A DNA stretch of 64,000 nucleotides, taken from the NCBI GenBank assembly GCA_016926915.1, contig JAFGNR010000040.1:230-64229 (forward strand), in the 5' to 3' direction. Under the pieces are notes generated by a model, which worked only from the letters and a program-made list of their open reading frames with translations, ran no database searches and was not told the DNA's origin. The DNA is from Anaerolineae bacterium (GTDB taxonomy: Bacteria > Chloroflexota > Anaerolineae > B4-G1 > SLSP01). This document shows, piece by piece, positions 61,193 through 64,000 of the stretch; within the stretch, counting starts at the first letter, position 1; every line of letters begins with the position of its first letter. The translations under genes were made by a program, and so were the position numbers.

Positions 61193-61696
61193 TTTAAGCT
61201 ATCATCCAGATTCTTGGTGAGTATTGTTGCTGCCGCCCCAGATCATCAATGGATTTCAGGAAACATGGACGTGACACACTTCTCGACCCCGTACACCACA
61301 TCACGCAAAAACTATATACATCTGATAAACCAAAAATAACCTGAAGAATAACCAACTGGCTTCCCTGGCATCCAATTGTCAAGGGCCTTTATACTAATTA
61401 TCGTGTTATGCCCCCTCGAATGGTACGCCCACTTGGTAGGAATTCACTGAAAATCCCCCAATAATTCCGAAAGTCAACGTACCCTTTAGCCGTTCTCTAA
61501 CGATTTTCTAAGTAAGAGAGGGCAAATGGCTCCCTCCAGACTAGGGAGCGAAATCGCACACAGATTCAGATGTTAAAGAGCATACTTGATCCTAAGAATA
61601 CTATACTGCAATTTACGAATAGTTTCAAGTGAGTAGGAAAACAGTATAGCCCAGCGACGACGCCAAACAACTCAGTTCAAACCTGACTTCAGCATA

Positions 61697-63670
61697 ATGA
61701 ACTCGAGAAGGCAACGCTACAAGGCTAGATACACCATCAGCAAGCGCATGGATGGACGGGCAATCGGGAGAGAAATCGTGAAGGCAATAGTAAGACGGAC
61801 AAAAAAGGAAGGGCAAGCCTTGGTGGAATTTGCGCTTATTCTACCTTTGCTGCTCATGATCATTGTAGGCATTTTCGAATTCGGGCGTGTATTATTCATC
61901 TACAGTAATCTCTTCAACGCGGTCCGAGAAGGTGCGCGGTATGGCATTACCAACCCACGGGATTGGAATGGTATTCACCAGGAGGCCCTCAACCTGATTG
62001 CGCTGGTGGATACAACGGATGTTACTTTCAACTTGATTGTGGAGTATGACAACGGACCGGGAACGCCACGCTTCGGCATGGATCAGCTGGGAAACGTTAT
62101 CGTCGGTGATCGCGTTGTCGTAACCATCCAATATGAAATTGTGCCGATCACACCGCTCCTGACTCCGATTGTAGAAGTGTTCCCTTTACGAACCGAAGCA
62201 GCCCGCACCATACAGACATTAGGCACTGTGGTATCCACGCCGCCGCCCACAGCTCCCCCCACCGGGAGTGTGACCCCTCCCCCGCCGACGGCAACCCCCA
62301 CGATAACGCCGACTGCTACAGCAACACCGACAATGCCGCCGACTGCCACAGCCACACCGACAACCCCGCCGCCCGCCACGGCGACGCCGGCGACACCGCC
62401 GCCCACAACGCTGCCGCCCACACCGACCCCCATCATCATCACTGAACCACTCAACGATGGCGACACAGCTGTGGAAGGCACCGCCGAAACCGGACAGATG
62501 GTAACGCTCCGCGTGGTCCAAACCGGCTATCAAACCAGCGTCATTGTGCAAAGCGGCACTTTCCTTTTCAGCAACTTGCCCCCGCTGGTAGCCGGCCATA
62601 CCATCATCGTGGAAGGATATGGGCAGCAAGACCTGGCTATTGTGCAAGGAACGCCGACAACACCCCCCCCGACAACGGCGCCGCCAACGGCCCATTTCCA
62701 GGTGGAACCGGACTGTGGACCAGCTGGCGTCAACTCGCTTACGGTTCATGCTTACAATTGGCCAACAGGGAATTACGTCACCATTTTCTTGAATAGCACC
62801 ATCATCGTTCCGTATTTCGGCAAAATCAGCGATCCGGATTTCTCGAAGACCTTCACCGTTGATTTAACCGAAGGCATGCACACACTTACGATGCAAGCCT
62901 GGACCAAGAAAGATCAGAGCGGTTCACTGGTCGCACAGTATTCCCAACCTGTCGAGTGCCCGTGTCCCAACCCAGATCTGACCATCACCCATCTATCCCT
63001 GCAGAACACGGCGCCCTTTGGTACTTATGAGAGAATCAAGTTCGAGGTTGCGCTGAAGAATCAGGGCGCCAAAGGTATTGCATCGGTCTTTTGGGTAGAT
63101 CTCTACGCCGACACTGTCCCCACCTATACGAACGCGAGTGTTGACTACGTCGCCATCAACGGCTTACCAGCAGGCGGCTCGATCACCTTCACAATGTGGA
63201 TTGAGGAAGGCTTCACAGTAACCGGCACCCATACTCTAACTGCGCTAGCAGACACCTGGGGACAGATCCCGGAATCGGATGAGGAGAATAACACCAGCAA
63301 CACGCTTGATGTTTATATAAGCAGCGAGAATCCTACACCAACCCCCACCCCCACGCCATCAGGCACCCCAGGCGCCCCAGCCACAATTCAGGGAACGACA
63401 TACATGGATGGGGTGCCACAAAACAACGTCAGCATCTATGTTTACGATATTGATGGACGGCTGACCTGGTCAGGGATCTCCCACAGCCAAGATATCGGCG
63501 GCATCATCATCGACGGGTACTACGAGGCCATCTTGCCAGCAGGCGACTATACAGTAAGTGGACAGGTGCGTATGGCCAACGGTCTGTATGTAGGACAAGT
63601 CGCGGTCATGAATCTGCTACCCGGCGAGTTCCGGCAGCTCGTGGATATCAACCTGTCAAAGGTAAACTGA
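61697..63670 (+). CDS. Large surface protein: N-terminal TadE-like pseudopilin segment, PT-rich linkers, Ig-like domain, CARDB domain, and a C-terminal carboxypeptidase-regulatory-like beta-sandwich
   Basis: TadE-like motif EGQALVEFALILPLLLMIIVGIFEFGRVLFIYSNLFNAVREGARYG. Three Pro/Thr linkers. CARDB signature (PDLTITHLSL ... VALKNQGAKG ... ESDEENNTSNT). C-terminal GTTYMDGVPQNNVSIYVYDIDGRL ... YTVSG. The exact start is uncertain (61697 or 61748). Confidence 0.7.
   Translation: MNSRRQRYKARYTISKRMDGRAIGREIVKAIVRRTKKEGQALVEFALILPLLLMIIVGIFEFGRVLFIYSNLFNAVREGARYGITNPRDWNGIHQEALNLIALVDTTDVTFNLIVEYDNGPGTPRFGMDQLGNVIVGDRVVVTIQYEIVPITPLLTPIVEVFPLRTEAARTIQTLGTVVSTPPPTAPPTGSVTPPPPTATPTITPTATATPTMPPTATATPTTPPPATATPATPPPTTLPPTPTPIIITEPLNDGDTAVEGTAETGQMVTLRVVQTGYQTSVIVQSGTFLFSNLPPLVAGHTIIVEGYGQQDLAIVQGTPTTPPPTTAPPTAHFQVEPDCGPAGVNSLTVHAYNWPTGNYVTIFLNSTIIVPYFGKISDPDFSKTFTVDLTEGMHTLTMQAWTKKDQSGSLVAQYSQPVECPCPNPDLTITHLSLQNTAPFGTYERIKFEVALKNQGAKGIASVFWVDLYADTVPTYTNASVDYVAINGLPAGGSITFTMWIEEGFTVTGTHTLTALADTWGQIPESDEENNTSNTLDVYISSENPTPTPTPTPSGTPGAPATIQGTTYMDGVPQNNVSIYVYDIDGRLTWSGISHSQDIGGIIIDGYYEAILPAGDYTVSGQVRMANGLYVGQVAVMNLLPGEFRQLVDINLSKVN
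62237..62434 (+). repeat. Imperfect tandem ACNCCGNC-type repeats encoding a (PTAT)n Pro/Thr-rich linker
   Basis: Encodes TPPPTAPPTGSVTPPPPTATPTITPTATATPTMPPTATATPTTPPPATATPATPPPTTLPPTPTP. This is low-complexity DNA prone to slippage. Confidence 0.8.
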
Positions 63671-63673
63671 GCC

Positions 63674-64000
63674 ATGAACACAAACCTGCGAGCTTCACTC
63701 ATCACAGTTCTCCTGATCGTCGCCATCACGACGCCGGTACTCGCTGCCGACCGCGACTGGGGAGAAAGTGATGTAATCGATCCGGTCAACCTGTCCAACA
63801 GTGGTGATGTCCGCCAGCCAGCTATGGCATTGGGGCCAGGCAACCAAATTGCAGTCGCCTGGTCAGAAGTCGGCGATGCAGACATCGTGGGATCGCAAGC
63901 CGGCATTCGCATCGCAGTGGGCGCCGGACAACCTGGGACACCACCACTGTATACATATCTAACTGGAACCGAAGACGTTTGGGGACCGGATATCACCTAC
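63674..64000 (+). CDS. Secreted hypothetical protein (5' part; runs off the window end)
   Basis: ATG at 63674, 4 nt after the upstream stop. Signal peptide MNTNLRASLITVLLIVAITTPVLAA. The open frame continues to position 64000 without a stop. Confidence 0.55.
   Translation, partial: MNTNLRASLITVLLIVAITTPVLAADRDWGESDVIDPVNLSNSGDVRQPAMALGPGNQIAVAWSEVGDADIVGSQAGIRIAVGAGQPGTPPLYTYLTGTEDVWGPDITY

Noticed and set aside
1-64000. tRNA, rRNA, CRISPR arrays, transposases or integrases
   Set aside because: No T-loop/GTTCGAATC-like tRNA signatures, no rRNA-like conserved blocks, no regularly spaced direct repeats, and no transposase or integrase-like ORFs were found. The only repeats are the Pro/Thr-coding tandem repeats and the G11 tract.

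Overview
This is a 64-kb, roughly 60% GC bacterial chromosomal segment with canonical sigma70 promoters. The gene content and ribosomal-protein sequences are Thermus- and Chloroflexota-like; the phylum assignment is inference only. Coding density is very high.

Layout, left to right:

- Plus-strand housekeeping block: glnA, a NUDIX hydrolase, endonuclease III, a membrane protein, dnaA preceded by a candidate oriC, a GT39/83-like glycosyltransferase, lactate permease, an orphan response regulator with a GAF histidine kinase, greA and lysS.
- A switch to the minus strand: an HD hydrolase, two tandem translationally coupled LysM-M23 peptidases, plus-strand trxA, and a YabN/MazG fusion.
- A contiguous minus-strand ribosomal superoperon: rpsI-rplM-truA-rplQ-rpoA-rpsD-rpsK-rpsM-rpmJ-map-secY-rplO ... 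rplC, then rpsJ-tuf-fusA-rpsG-rpsL, then rpoB. There is no adk, infA or rpoC in it.
- Accessory-looking genes: two tandem paralogous secreted proteins of unknown family with a strong promoter; a plsC / LysM / geranylgeranyl-reductase / DUF457-like / RsmB-family block; and a BMP (PnrA-like) nucleoside ABC transporter operon with a PurR-box-like palindrome and a G11 tract.
- clpC, rnc, an overlapping ECF sigma / anti-sigma pair, and divergently a large TadE-like pseudopilin-anchored Ig/CARDB surface protein followed by a partial secreted protein.

No tRNA, rRNA, CRISPR array or obvious mobile element was seen. The long ORFs antisense to real genes are GC-driven artefacts.

The strongest leads for something undescribed are the secreted paralog pair between rpoB and plsC and the ECF-sigma / TadE-CARDB module.
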